Assembly: GCA_964464605.1 (NCBI GenBank)
Contig: CAYXJN010000009.1
Coordinates: forward strand, 64,001 to 128,000
Origin: an uncultured Ignavibacteriales bacterium
GTDB lineage: Bacteria; Zixibacteria; MSB-5A5; GN15; FEB-12
Direction of reading: 5' to 3'
DNA length: 64,000 nt
Shown: positions 1 to 9,665 of the stretch, one piece after another
How the letters are laid out: each line of letters opens with the position of its first letter
Position numbering within the stretch: position 1 is the stretch's first letter
The notes under the pieces: generated by a model
What the model saw: only the letters and a program-made list of their open reading frames with translations
Databases searched by the model: none
Told to the model about the DNA's origin: nothing
Made by a program: the position numbers and the translations under genes

Positions 1-127
1 CTGCCCCGAAATACCAGGCAATAACCTGTTCTCGGATAAGCCCTAAAACACGGGAAAAGGCAGTCGCCGCCGACACTTTGCCGACCGACCGGGCCATTGA
101 GCTTTTTTCAGGTACTTGAGTTGACAA
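1..127 (-). CDS. murJ: Lipid II flippase MurJ (MviN), N-terminal fragment running off the window edge
   Basis: Not in the ORF track. The minus strand reads (TTG at 127, LSTQVPEKSS) MARSVGKVSAATAFSRVLGLIREQVIAWYFGA, the typical MurJ N-terminus (SRxLGLxRExxIAxxFGA). Divergent from rpsT, as is common. Start is ATG 97 or TTG 127. Confidence 0.85.
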   Translation of the reverse strand, partial: MSTQVPEKSSMARSVGKVSAATAFSRVLGLIREQVIAWYFGA

Positions 128-150
128 TCTTCCTCAAAAGGCGTTATCTT
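121..150 (+). promoter_or_regulatory. Putative sigma70 promoter of rpsT
   Basis: TTGACA (121-126), 18 nt, TATCTT (145-150); an AAGGAG SD precedes the GTG at 189. Confidence 0.5.
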
Positions 151-188
151 CCCGTATTGGAAATTGAAAGTAAGGAGTGTTATAGACA

Positions 189-443
189 GTGCCAAATCAT
201 AAATCATGCAAAAAGCGGATGAAAACATCCGAGCGTGACCGCCTGAAAAACCGTGGCCTTCGTTCTGAGCTTCGCGGAGCGATCAAAGAACTTCGCGCCG
301 AGAAGAACGCCAAATCTGCCGCCGAGAAACTGGCCGATGTAACGCGCGAACTCGACCGCGCCGCCGCTCGTGGGCTGATTCATAAGCGGAATGCAGACCG
401 GAACAAGTCCCGGCTCGCGCAATTCGTCAACGGTCTGGCGTAA
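189..443 (+). CDS. rpsT: 30S ribosomal protein S20
   Basis: MPNHKSCKKR...N...RSELR..IK...LDRAAARGLIHKRNADRNKSRL; GTG start with AAGGAG SD. Confidence 0.97.
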   Translation: MPNHKSCKKRMKTSERDRLKNRGLRSELRGAIKELRAEKNAKSAAEKLADVTRELDRAAARGLIHKRNADRNKSRLAQFVNGLA

Positions 444-465
444 CCAGTCAGAAAATTGAAGTATG

Positions 466-498
466 AAACGGCCGCTTTTGCGGCCGTTTTTCTTTTTT
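466..498 (+). terminator. Intrinsic terminator after rpsT, probably bidirectional
   Basis: AAACGGCCGC-TTTT-GCGGCCGTTT followed by a T-rich run, between convergent genes. Confidence 0.85.
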
Positions 499-505
499 GG
501 GGATT

Positions 506-1036
506 TTACAGCGTAATACCGGTCTGCAAGGGACCGAAATCGGTGGCATCGACCGAGCGGTTGATCTTCATCGGAACCGGCTGATTAGCCGGAACCGAGG
601 CCAGCTCGACCGACTGCTTGAGTGCCCGGTTGAGATGCCGCTCGACAAAGGTGACCGTGTAGTTGCAGCGACCTTTGAAGAAGTTCAGTATTTCCTGTTG
701 CTCGGCGGAAAAGGAAATACCCAATGTCGGCTGGTAGGTGGCAAACAAGAGTGAGGGGAACGAAGTCCGGATAATGACCGCAGAACGCAACTGTTTGTCT
801 ATGTCATTGCAGATAAACTGAAGCGCGGAACACAGGGCGGCAGCCTCAAGCGCAAACGGAGTTCCCTGCGCACGGCATTTAAACAGCACCCCTAAATCGG
901 GAATACTGAATAAAACGAGCCCTTTGGAGAAGCCAATAGCGGAAAGAGCAGGGTCGATCTGCTTATTTATCGAGTGTCCGACATGACACACTAATGAACT
1001 ATTGGAGAACATCGATGCTTCTGTTGCAGATTTCAT
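506..1036 (-). CDS. Hypothetical protein, possibly a degenerate RNase HI-like fold
   Basis: ALEAAALCSALQFI, VIIRTS and VTFVERHLNRA resemble the RNase HI segments AEYxALIxAL, IxxDS and xWVPRxxNxxAD, but the Asp ligands are missing. Confidence 0.5.
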   Translation of the reverse strand: MKSATEASMFSNSSLVCHVGHSINKQIDPALSAIGFSKGLVLFSIPDLGVLFKCRAQGTPFALEAAALCSALQFICNDIDKQLRSAVIIRTSFPSLLFATYQPTLGISFSAEQQEILNFFKGRCNYTVTFVERHLNRALKQSVELASVPANQPVPMKINRSVDATDFGPLQTGITL

Positions 1037-1052
1037 ACCAAAACCGCCTTTT

Positions 1053-1493
1053 TTATTCGCTGCTCAGCGAATCGGTTAATCGGGCCTTTAATTGTGCATC
1101 CCCTTCGATATAAACTCCAGTAGCGCTCGCAAATTTCTCCTGCTGCAACGAGAGCGCTTCCCCTTCAGTCCAAATGGCACGTCCTTTTCGTTTGACAACC
1201 CAGCCGGAAAAATAAATCCGGTCTCCGGTTGCTACCGGCTTGTGATAGCGGACAGTCATCTCGGCAGTAACTGCAAAAATCCCCTGTGCCAAAATCGCTT
1301 TTATCATCACTTCATCTAAAACCGTCGCCAATATGCCGCCGTGATAGATCGACTTGTATCCTTCGAACATATCCCCGGCAACAAGCTCTGTTACTGCTTT
1401 CTTTCCATCCAAAACGAACTCGGCGTGCAAACCGATGGCGTTCTTGTCGCCGCAGACGAAGCAACCGGAGTAGGTCGGGATTTTCTGGCCCAT
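1053..1493 (-). CDS. PaaI-family hotdog thioesterase
   Basis: CFVCGxxNxxGL N-terminus, HGGILATVLDE, VTAEMTVRYHKPV. Confidence 0.9.
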   Translation of the reverse strand: MGQKIPTYSGCFVCGDKNAIGLHAEFVLDGKKAVTELVAGDMFEGYKSIYHGGILATVLDEVMIKAILAQGIFAVTAEMTVRYHKPVATGDRIYFSGWVVKRKGRAIWTEGEALSLQQEKFASATGVYIEGDAQLKARLTDSLSSE

Positions 1494-1527
1494 AGTTGAA
1501 AGAAACAGATGCTCAAACTGCTGCCAA

Positions 1528-1558
1528 CAAAAAACCCGGCGTTTTAGACCGGGTTTTG
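1528..1558 (-). terminator. Intrinsic terminator after the lipoprotein gene
   Basis: AAAACCCGG...CCGGGTTTT stem with a T-run on the minus strand. Confidence 0.75.
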
Positions 1559-1580
1559 AAAAACAGAATCGAAAAAAATA

Positions 1581-2435
1581 TTAGTTGGCAATCGTACAGA
1601 CACTGCGATCGGTCTGCCAGTCTTTGGAACCCAGTGAAACGCTGATAGCAGCGGTGCCGTCGGTGAATTCAGCGGTGATTGTCCATGTGCGGGAAATCGT
1701 TTCGCCGTCAGCACGCTTGTAAGTCGTCGTCATCGTTCCTGAAACAGTACCGGAAGAGGGACAAATAGAGTTCCAGCCCCCGGATACTCTTTCGACCGTC
1801 AGATTGGAAACAGTTGCTGAGATCGTGTAGGTGCGCCAGACCGTCGTGTCGGTGTTATCCAGATATTTAACTGACGTCGTAATTTCAGTCGTACCATCGA
1901 TAGTCGCTTGATTAGTCTGCAGACCGGAAAGATCATATCCCCAAACGCCGGAGCGGTTGTAGTATTCGGTGGTCGTATCGACCGCCTGGCGGTTGAAGTG
2001 GTGGCGATAGGTCATGGCATGCGCACTGCCGCCCTGACGCTGATAATCGCCCCCTTCATTGCGGAACTGAATAGAGTCGATACGGGACTGATTATAGGCG
2101 GTAGCGATGCGAGTGACTACGACCTGATGCCATCCCGAAGTCGTATCATAGGTGCTGGCAACCACATCGGAATCGTTGTCGATCGGTGTATAGAAAACAG
2201 GATCGATATCTCCGCCGACACCCAGTGAGGCGCGGCTCTCGAATGCATCCGCAAGGAAAACGATAAGGGAATCGGAGGTGGCATTTAATTCTGACTGCAT
2301 GGCGCTTTGATCATCGGTGATCGAGATTCCGCCGTTGCCGTCGCTGCCGGTCGATTTATCATCGCTGCAACCGGCGAAGGCAAGCAATGCAACTAAGGTC
2401 AGACCCGTGAATGGTGAAAAAATTCGTTGGCGCAT
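1581..2435 (-). CDS. Hypothetical lipoprotein, beta-rich and Ser/Thr-rich
   Basis: Signal peptide with lipobox LAFAGC followed by SDDKSTG; GGGAG SD before ATG 2435. Confidence 0.8.
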   Translation of the reverse strand: MRQRIFSPFTGLTLVALLAFAGCSDDKSTGSDGNGGISITDDQSAMQSELNATSDSLIVFLADAFESRASLGVGGDIDPVFYTPIDNDSDVVASTYDTTSGWHQVVVTRIATAYNQSRIDSIQFRNEGGDYQRQGGSAHAMTYRHHFNRQAVDTTTEYYNRSGVWGYDLSGLQTNQATIDGTTEITTSVKYLDNTDTTVWRTYTISATVSNLTVERVSGGWNSICPSSGTVSGTMTTTYKRADGETISRTWTITAEFTDGTAAISVSLGSKDWQTDRSVCTIAN

Positions 2436-2489
2436 ACGCACTCCCTTTCGTGGATTGCTCTCGCCGCGGGTCTGACCGGTGAGGTCGTG

Positions 2490-3392
2490 TTAGCTCAGAA
2501 GAAATGCCATTAGTGCCTTCTGAATATGCAATCTGTTTTCCGCCTGATCGAAGATAACGGACTGTGGTCCGTCGATTACTTCATCCGTGATTTCCCGTCC
2601 GCGTTCAGCCGGTAAACAGTGCATCACGATTGCTTTCGGGTCAGCTCCTGCCATCAGAGAGCTATTAACCTGATACTTTCGTAACTTTTCTGCTTTGGCC
2701 TCTGCCTGATCCTTGAACCCCATTGAAGCCCAGACATCGGTATAGACAACATCGGCACCGGCGACTGCCTCTTTAGGATCTTCGGTCATCAGGATTCGGC
2801 TATCCGGATTTGCTTTCGCGAGTTTGACCATTTCGGCGCTTGGCTGACAATCGGCGGCGGTACCGACGCGGAAATCGATTGGAATCACTGATGCCAATGC
2901 CAGAAAACTGTTGGTGATATTGTTACCGTCACCCATATAGGCGATTTTGTACCGCTCTTTTCCCGGCAAATGTTCCATTATGGTATAGTAGTCTCCGAAA
3001 ATCTGGCACGGGTGTTCCAAGTCGGTTAGCGCATTCACCACCGGCACCGAACCCCATTTGGCTAATCCTTCCACGTCACTTTGCGCGAACGTACGAATCA
3101 CAATCATCGCGACATATCGGGAAAGTACCCGGGCGGCATCGGCGATAGTTTCCCGCTGACCGAGTTTGACCTCTTTGTCGGTGATGTACATCGGGTGACC
3201 GCCTAACTGCGAAATGCCGACTTCAAAGGAAATACGAGTCCGTAATGACTCTTTCATAAACAGACATGCCACCCCTTTACCTTCCAGCGGGCGGCTTTTG
3301 AGCTCCCCTTTTTTAAAACGGCGGCAAAGCTCGAAAACCTGAGCAACTTCCGCCTTGTTCAAATCTGAAGCCTGTAAAAACGACCGGGCCAT
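2490..3392 (-). CDS. argF: Ornithine carbamoyltransferase
   Basis: SLRT carbamoyl-phosphate motif, HPCQ, DGNN, DVWASMG, HCLPAERG, QAENRLH; GGAGG SD before ATG 3392. Confidence 0.93.
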   Translation of the reverse strand: MARSFLQASDLNKAEVAQVFELCRRFKKGELKSRPLEGKGVACLFMKESLRTRISFEVGISQLGGHPMYITDKEVKLGQRETIADAARVLSRYVAMIVIRTFAQSDVEGLAKWGSVPVVNALTDLEHPCQIFGDYYTIMEHLPGKERYKIAYMGDGNNITNSFLALASVIPIDFRVGTAADCQPSAEMVKLAKANPDSRILMTEDPKEAVAGADVVYTDVWASMGFKDQAEAKAEKLRKYQVNSSLMAGADPKAIVMHCLPAERGREITDEVIDGPQSVIFDQAENRLHIQKALMAFLLS

Positions 3393-3547
3393 CTGTTCCT
3401 CCACTATCTGCTTTTTGTTTCTTCACAATTTTGGGGGAATAAAGACCAGTAAACCGGGCAAGTCAACTCCAGGCTTTATTCATTGCCTATGGTAACTTGA
3501 GATGGCATATTTCGTATGATAAAGGGAGAGGAAAAAACAGAACGGAC

Positions 3548-4327
3548 ATGGAAAAAAAGCGCGTTATCGGTGGAGTGATTCTTGTCGGAATCGGCCTGAT
3601 TCTGATGGGGGAAAACTTCGGCTGGTTCGATTTTGAAGCCGAAGACATCTTCCGCCTCGGTATTCCGCTCGGTGTTATTATCGTCGGTATCTGGCTAATT
3701 ATCCGGAAACGGAATCAGGAGGCCGGGATGGATCAGCAAATGGCGTCTATCAAACAGGTCCAACCGATCCGCCCTGTTCCTGCCGCACCAGTCCCCCCTT
3801 CTACCCCGCCACCGCCGGAAGCAATGGGCCCTGCCCCGATTTTGAATGTCTCCGTACAAGGTGATTCCGGACGTGGCGCTGAATTTCGGGTTGATTCAGA
3901 AGGGATCAAATTCAATCGAACTCGCGCTTCCGATGCTCCGAGCAGTACTGTCCCGGGCCAGTTGAAATACAGCAAGTTTATCGGCGACTTGTATGTCGCC
4001 TTCGATAATACGACGATTAAGAACGTGGAAGTTTCCTGTTTCCTGGGGGATATCGAAGTAAATCTCGCCGGCGCGACGTTATCTCCCGGCCTGAATCGTC
4101 TGATTATCTCTAATTTCCTCGGTGAAATTCGCGTACTGGTACCGAAAGGGATCGAGCACTTCGTTCATCTGTCCAACTTTGCGGGAGATACCGAAGGGAT
4201 CGGCCGTCGTTCATCCGGTGTCGGAAACCGAATTGAGCATGCTTCCCCGGCATATGAATCTGCCACTACTAAACTCTATATCGCCGTCAATTCTTTTGTC
4301 GGTGAAATACGAGTGATTGCTGTTTAA
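3548..4327 (+). CDS. LiaF-like cell-envelope stress membrane protein (two N-terminal TM helices, Pro-rich linker, DUF2154-like beta domain)
   Basis: GVILVGIGLIL...IIVGIWLI TM pair; repeated FIGD/FLGD/FLGEI/FVGEI strands typical of the LiaF C-terminus. Confidence 0.75.
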   Translation: MEKKRVIGGVILVGIGLILMGENFGWFDFEAEDIFRLGIPLGVIIVGIWLIIRKRNQEAGMDQQMASIKQVQPIRPVPAAPVPPSTPPPPEAMGPAPILNVSVQGDSGRGAEFRVDSEGIKFNRTRASDAPSSTVPGQLKYSKFIGDLYVAFDNTTIKNVEVSCFLGDIEVNLAGATLSPGLNRLIISNFLGEIRVLVPKGIEHFVHLSNFAGDTEGIGRRSSGVGNRIEHASPAYESATTKLYIAVNSFVGEIRVIAV

Positions 4328-4332
4328 TTAAC

Positions 4333-5247
4333 TTACTTGGAATAACCTGATCGTGGGTGCGCGGTTTTGTATGCGCGTTTCATACTTTCCGCGGTGACAT
4401 GCGTGTACTTTTGCGTCGTCGATAACGATGAATGTCCTAATATCTCTTTTATCAGCATCAAGTCGGCGCCGTTTTCAAGCAGATGAGTCGCGAAGGAATG
4501 GCGAAGCGTGTGCGGCGTGAAACTCATACCCGCTTTCTTACCGAAAGATTTCACCAATCTATCAATCGAGCGAACCGTTAATCCTTCACCCGATTTATTC
4601 AAAAACAGATTCGGTGATTCAGAACCCCACAACGCGGCGAATTGGCTGCGAAGCGGCAAGTATGATTTCAAATCCTGACAGGCGGTCTCTCCAATCGGAA
4701 CCGTGCGGATTTTGTTTCCTTTCCCCAGTACCGTAACCGTACCTAATTGCAAATCAAGATCGGAAACGAGTAACCGGGTAACTTCTTCACGACGAATACC
4801 GGTCGAATACAACAGCGACACGATACAGTAATCTCGACAGGCTAAATATGCTTTTCCTTTTTCTTCAACCGGCGTGCGGTCGAACAAACGGTCGACCTCT
4901 CCCTGCGGAATAAAATCAGGCAACGCCTGTTTGAATTTCAGTTTCGGGAGTTTAAAAATGTATGCGCTAAAGCCGGAGCGAGTCGCCAGATACTTTTGAA
5001 AGCCCGATAAGGCCGAAAGAAAACGGGACAGTGATCGATTCGATACACCCTGTTCCACCCGCTCACGCAAAAACAAACGAAGAAACAGCGGATCATTTTT
5101 CGCCGTCGCTCCGGCAAACTGGTATTTGTTTTCTAAGAAACGAACCCAGAGTGCCAGATCACGGCGGTATGATTCAACCGTTTTGTCGGCAAAGCGGCTG
5201 TCAATCGCCAAAGCACGGAGATATTTATCGAGTTCAGCGCTTAACAT
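4333..5247 (-). CDS. xerC: Tyrosine recombinase XerC-like
   Basis: TGIRxxE, GKGNKxR, HTLRHSFATHLL, LGHSSLSTTQxYTH, HPR; lies downstream of topA. Confidence 0.88.
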   Translation of the reverse strand: MLSAELDKYLRALAIDSRFADKTVESYRRDLALWVRFLENKYQFAGATAKNDPLFLRLFLRERVEQGVSNRSLSRFLSALSGFQKYLATRSGFSAYIFKLPKLKFKQALPDFIPQGEVDRLFDRTPVEEKGKAYLACRDYCIVSLLYSTGIRREEVTRLLVSDLDLQLGTVTVLGKGNKIRTVPIGETACQDLKSYLPLRSQFAALWGSESPNLFLNKSGEGLTVRSIDRLVKSFGKKAGMSFTPHTLRHSFATHLLENGADLMLIKEILGHSSLSTTQKYTHVTAESMKRAYKTAHPRSGYSK

Positions 5248-5256
5248 GAAGTCGTG

Positions 5257-5285
5257 AAAGTATTGTGGTCAAAAACCGGTGTCAA
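5257..5285 (-). promoter_or_regulatory. Putative sigma70 promoter of xerC with a very short leader
   Basis: TTGACA-17 nt-TACTTT, then 9 nt to the ATG; no SD. Confidence 0.55.
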
Positions 5286-5295
5286 TGTTTTAACA

Positions 5296-5322
5296 TCAGC
5301 CGTCATGAGTACTGACGGCTGA
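5296..5322. terminator. Hairpin downstream of topA
   Basis: TCAGCCGTCA-TGAGTAC-TGACGGCTGA, a perfect 10-bp stem. Confidence 0.55.
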
Positions 5323-5359
5323 AAATTTTTGCGTGTATGTCGTAGGAAATCGAGCAGTG

Positions 5360-7660
5360 TTAAACGGCGGTCGGCTGGGGCTGCGGCGTTGTTTCCTCAG
5401 AGAACGTATGACCGCATTCGGGACATTTGAAATAATCCCCCTTTGCTTTCGATGATTTCGCCACGACCCAGCTGTTTTTGCAGGCAGGACACGGCTTTTT
5501 CACCGGCATATCCCAGGAAACAAAATCGCATTTCGGATAATTTGAACAACCGTAGAAAGTTCGTTTTCCTTTCGACTGACGCTGCACCACCTGACCACCG
5601 CAGCCTGACTTCGGACACGGTATGCCGAGGGTAAGCGCTTTGGTCGTTTTGCAGTCAGGATACGCGGAACAGGCCAGGAATTTCCCGAACCGTCCGGTCT
5701 TGACCACCATCGGTGAACCGCATTTTTCGCAGACTTCATTTGTCTTGGTCTGCTCCTCTTCACCTGGCAGCGGGCGAGTCGATTTACAATCGGGGTATGC
5801 GGAACAGGCTAAAAACCGGCCGTTACGACCCCATTTAATAACCATCGGTGAACCGCACTTGTCACAGCTTTCATCCGTGACTTCGGTCATCGATTCTTTG
5901 ATCGATTTTTCATGTTTCTTCAGATCGGTGATGGTCGAATTGAACGGGCCGTAAAACCCTTTCATCATCTTCGCCCAATCAGTCGTTCCTTCTTCCACCA
6001 AGTCGAGCTGCTGCTCCATTTCAGAAGTAAACGAAACATTGAAATAGTTATCGAAGTGCTCGACGAGTATTTTGTTCACTGCACCGCCCAAATCTGTCGG
6101 GAACAGTTTTTTCTCTTTCAATTCGACATACTTACGTTCTTTCAACGTCGAAATAATGGCGGCATACGTCGAAGGACGTCCGATCCCGTCACTTTCCAAT
6201 CGTTTCACTAACATCGCTTCCGAATACCGGGGGGGCGGCTTCGTGAATGACTGATTCGGTTTCAGTTCTTTGAGCGTAAGTTTTTCTTTTTCTTTCAGCG
6301 GCGGGAGTTTATCCACTTCCCCATCTTTTCCGTTTTCATCCGCTTCCTGCTCTTCATGGTAGACTTTCAAAAAGCCGTCGAAGGTCAGACGCTGCGAAGT
6401 AACACGGAACGTATACTTCCCGGCTGAGATATCGACCGTTTCGACATCGAATTCAGCAGGTGTCATCTGACAGGCGATAAACCGGTTCCAGATCAATTCA
6501 TACAGACGAAATTCATTCTTACTGAGCATCCGCTTCACTTTTTCCGGCGGATAGGTCAGATAGGTCGGTCGAATAGCTTCGTGTGCATCCTGCGCCGCTT
6601 TCTTTTTAGAGAATACGTTCGGTGAACTCGGCAGATATTTCTTACCGAACTCAGTACCGATATATTCGCGTACGGCCGCAAGCGCTTCATCCGAAACACG
6701 GGTTGAATCGGTACGCATATAGGTAATCAACCCAACCGGACCCTCATTGCCGATTTCGATTCCTTCGTAGAGCTTCTGCGCCAACGACATCGTCATCTTC
6801 GGCGAGAACCCGCAGGCTTTTGCCGCTTCCTGCTGCAAGGTCGACGTAATAAACGGCGCGGGTGCCTTACGCGAGCGCTGTGACTTTTTGATTTCCGCTA
6901 CGACATAATTTTCCTGCTTGAGAGCAGCAAGATGTTTATCCGCCTCTTTCTGGCTTTCGATAACAACTTTTCCGTTACCGGCTTCGTTCGCCGAAACGAC
7001 AGTTTTATCATCAATCTTAAATAAGCGCGCGATAAACTCTTCTTTTTTATCCGTCTTCAATACCGCTTCAATAGTCCAGTATTCCTGCGGTTTGAATCCG
7101 GCAATTTCCTGTTCCCGTTCACAGATCAGACGTAACGCGACTGACTGCACGCGACCGGCGGACAGATTCCGCGCGACGGTCTTCCATAAGAATGGTGAAA
7201 CCGTGTAGCCGACCAAACGATCAAGCACACGACGCGCCTGCTGCGCGTTCACAAGATTCATATCTATTTCGCGCGGCTGCTTGAGCGCATCACTCACGGC
7301 GGATTTAGTGATTTCATTAAAGGTAACGCGGACAATATCCGCCTTGGTGCCGTCTTTACCTTCTTTCAGATGCTCTGCCACGTGCCAGGCAATCGCTTCC
7401 CCTTCACGATCAGGATCGGGCGCGAGATAGACAGTCTTCGCCTTCTTCGCCGCCGCTTTCAACTCTTTCAGTACTTTCTCTTTGCCGTCGATGACGGTGT
7501 ACTGCGGAGCGAAGCTCTTTTTAACGTCGATACCTAATTTTGATTTCGGAAGGTCGATCACATGCCCGATCGTAGCCATAATGTCGAAATCCTTGCCCAG
7601 AAACCGGGAAAGGGTGCGTGTTTTAGCAGGTGACTCGACTATGAGAAGATTTTTTGCCAT
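5360..7660 (-). CDS. topA: DNA topoisomerase I
   Basis: IVESPAK, DPDREGE, SAGRVQS, ITYMRTDS catalytic Tyr, GIGRPSTY, C-terminal C4 zinc ribbons. Confidence 0.98.
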   Translation of the reverse strand: MAKNLLIVESPAKTRTLSRFLGKDFDIMATIGHVIDLPKSKLGIDVKKSFAPQYTVIDGKEKVLKELKAAAKKAKTVYLAPDPDREGEAIAWHVAEHLKEGKDGTKADIVRVTFNEITKSAVSDALKQPREIDMNLVNAQQARRVLDRLVGYTVSPFLWKTVARNLSAGRVQSVALRLICEREQEIAGFKPQEYWTIEAVLKTDKKEEFIARLFKIDDKTVVSANEAGNGKVVIESQKEADKHLAALKQENYVVAEIKKSQRSRKAPAPFITSTLQQEAAKACGFSPKMTMSLAQKLYEGIEIGNEGPVGLITYMRTDSTRVSDEALAAVREYIGTEFGKKYLPSSPNVFSKKKAAQDAHEAIRPTYLTYPPEKVKRMLSKNEFRLYELIWNRFIACQMTPAEFDVETVDISAGKYTFRVTSQRLTFDGFLKVYHEEQEADENGKDGEVDKLPPLKEKEKLTLKELKPNQSFTKPPPRYSEAMLVKRLESDGIGRPSTYAAIISTLKERKYVELKEKKLFPTDLGGAVNKILVEHFDNYFNVSFTSEMEQQLDLVEEGTTDWAKMMKGFYGPFNSTITDLKKHEKSIKESMTEVTDESCDKCGSPMVIKWGRNGRFLACSAYPDCKSTRPLPGEEEQTKTNEVCEKCGSPMVVKTGRFGKFLACSAYPDCKTTKALTLGIPCPKSGCGGQVVQRQSKGKRTFYGCSNYPKCDFVSWDMPVKKPCPACKNSWVVAKSSKAKGDYFKCPECGHTFSEETTPQPQPTAV

Positions 7661-7699
7661 TAGTAATTCCTGATGTCGCGGAGTTTTCGCATACGACTA

Positions 7700-7927
7700 T
7701 TACATCGTATCCGGGCGCGTAAACTTTACTTTCTGTTCAATTAAATCTTTGAGTGCGACCATAGTCATCTTGCGGCCGTCGATCTTGATCGTGGGGTCTT
7801 GTTCCAACTGCTGCAAGGACTTAAGCCGACGAACATTGAGTCGGCGGGCATGGCGCGAGGCCACAATTACCGCTTCGTAACGGTTCAAATTCATCTTTTC
7901 CAATTCTTCAAGTGGCAGTTTCATCAT
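7700..7927 (-). CDS. rpoZ: RNA polymerase omega subunit
   Basis: NRYEAVIVASRHARRL...K.TMVAL; follows gmk. Confidence 0.85.
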   Translation of the reverse strand: MMKLPLEELEKMNLNRYEAVIVASRHARRLNVRRLKSLQQLEQDPTIKIDGRKMTMVALKDLIEQKVKFTRPDTM

Positions 7928-7951
7928 GGCAGGTACTCCTGTTTGACCTAT

Positions 7952-8602
7952 TTAGGAACCGGTTATCTTTCGTATTTGTTCCGCGGGTAAATTCTGGGTG
8001 CGTAACGGATGTGTCTCTATTATATGTAACACCTGAGCAACCGCTAAGTTCAAATCATCATTTATGACCGCGTATTCAAAGCTCTTCCATTCACCCATTT
8101 CACGTTTCGCATTTTCAAAGCGAACTTGAAGCTGCTCTTTGGTTTCCGTGCCGCGACGTTTCAGACGGCTGCGGAGTTTTTTCACCGACGGCGGGAGTAC
8201 AAAAATCGTTATCGCCTGCGGGTATTCTTTCCGCAATTTCTTCGCCCCCTGCACATCGACATCCAAAAGCATCACGTCACCGGCTTTCAGCGCCGCTTCA
8301 AGCGGTTTGCGCGGTGTGCCGTAACGATACAAATGAACCCGGAAATTTTCGGCGAAATAATCACGTTTTCTGAGTTCATCGAATTTTGCATCAGTAACGA
8401 AATAATAATGTATGCCGTCTAATTCATGCGCGCGCTGCTTGCGGGTCGTGTAGGAAACTGAAAATTTCCATCCCGCTTTCTTTCGGTTCGGCGAAAGCAG
8501 TTTCCGGCAGATCGAAGTTTTACCGCCACCGGAAGGGGAAGAAACAATGACAATTTTTCCGACCGACGCGATTTTGCGCTGCAGCGATACTTCCTTACTC
8601 AA
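7952..8602 (-). CDS. gmk: Guanylate kinase
   Basis: SSPSGGGKTS P-loop, SVSYTTR, YGTP, LDVDVQGA, IFVLPPS. Confidence 0.96.
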   Translation of the reverse strand: MSKEVSLQRKIASVGKIVIVSSPSGGGKTSICRKLLSPNRKKAGWKFSVSYTTRKQRAHELDGIHYYFVTDAKFDELRKRDYFAENFRVHLYRYGTPRKPLEAALKAGDVMLLDVDVQGAKKLRKEYPQAITIFVLPPSVKKLRSRLKRRGTETKEQLQVRFENAKREMGEWKSFEYAVINDDLNLAVAQVLHIIETHPLRTQNLPAEQIRKITGS

Positions 8603-9470
8603 CGTTCTGCACCATCTCTCGCAGTTTCTCGATCTCTTCTTTGATCGAAATCACTGCCGTGCTGATTTTGAGTTCGGTTGATTTAGCGGACATCGTATTC
8701 GTTTCCCGGTTCATTTCCTGTAAAATAAAGTTCAACCGTTTTCCGGCTGATTCATTTCCTTTGAGCGCTTTTTGAAACTGAGATACATGGCTGTACATGC
8801 GTGTGCACTCTTCAGTGATATCCGTGCGCTCGGCAAAGAGCGTTATTTCTGTTTCTAATCTGAGCGGATCGATAGTCTGTGATCCGATAAGATCATCTAT
8901 CCGTTTGCGCAGTTTATCGCGGTACGACAACACCGCCCCTTTGGAATCCTTTTCAACCGTTTGTACTAACTTGCTGATAAGGGTGGTGCGATTGAGCATA
9001 TCTTTCGCCATCGCCTTCCCTTCATTCTCACGCATTTTGACAAACGCTTCAATCGCTTTGGCCAGCGGCTTTTTCATTTCAGCCCAGACGGCATCTTCAT
9101 CGTAGCTGTCACGCGCTGAAATCATTACTTCCGGCAGGGTAAGCAAATCTTCCAGTTCGATCTCATCTTTGATTTTCAGTTCCTTGGCGGCTGCTTTGAG
9201 CTGTCGGTGGTAATCCTTCAGGGTCTCCACATTAATATGGAGCGCCGATGACCCCTGGTTTCCCCGGTCATGGGCAATAAAGACATTGACCTTCCCCCGT
9301 TCGATCTGCTCATTGATGGCTTCCCGTACCCGATTTTCCAAAGAGGTGTACTGACGGGGTAAGCGAACAGAGCATTCCAAGTACCGGTTGTTAACTCCCG
9401 ATATCTCAACGAGGAAATAACCTGATTTAGTTGTCGATTCGGCTTTACCGAATCCAGTCATTGAATGCAT
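8595..9470 (-). CDS. yicC: YicC/YloC family endoribonuclease
   Basis: SMTGFG, VNNRYL, RGKV, DITEECTR..SH, GKRLNFILQEMNRETNT, REMVQNVE; start at ATG 9470. Confidence 0.93.
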   Translation of the reverse strand: MHSMTGFGKAESTTKSGYFLVEISGVNNRYLECSVRLPRQYTSLENRVREAINEQIERGKVNVFIAHDRGNQGSSALHINVETLKDYHRQLKAAAKELKIKDEIELEDLLTLPEVMISARDSYDEDAVWAEMKKPLAKAIEAFVKMRENEGKAMAKDMLNRTTLISKLVQTVEKDSKGAVLSYRDKLRKRIDDLIGSQTIDPLRLETEITLFAERTDITEECTRMYSHVSQFQKALKGNESAGKRLNFILQEMNRETNTMSAKSTELKISTAVISIKEEIEKLREMVQNVE

Positions 9471-9665
9471 ATGTACGTTCCGCGTTTGAAGATTAGCCGC
9501 AAAAGGTAGAGTTTTGATTTTCTTTGTCAACCGCAAAAATCCGGGGCGGTTCGCCTAAAACGTCCGAACGGAACGCCTAACAAACTGTCACGCAATGGGT
9601 TGTACGGGAGATGGAATTACTAATTGAGACCGTTCTTGAGGAGAGCAAAAAGGCCAGATGCTAGC

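Noticed and set aside
2490..3392. SLRT motif suggesting an N-acetyl- or N-succinyl-ornithine transcarbamylase
   Set aside because: DVWASMG and HCLPAERG are canonical OTC motifs.
4333..5247. Tyrosine recombinase as a phage or integron integrase
   Set aside because: It has XerC-type motifs and length and the usual position after topA. There is no integron-specific insertion, att site or cargo nearby.
5690..5860. Direct repeat ACCATCGGTGAACCGCA within topA
   Set aside because: It encodes the normal tandem zinc ribbons (CGSPMV), not a mobile or CRISPR repeat.
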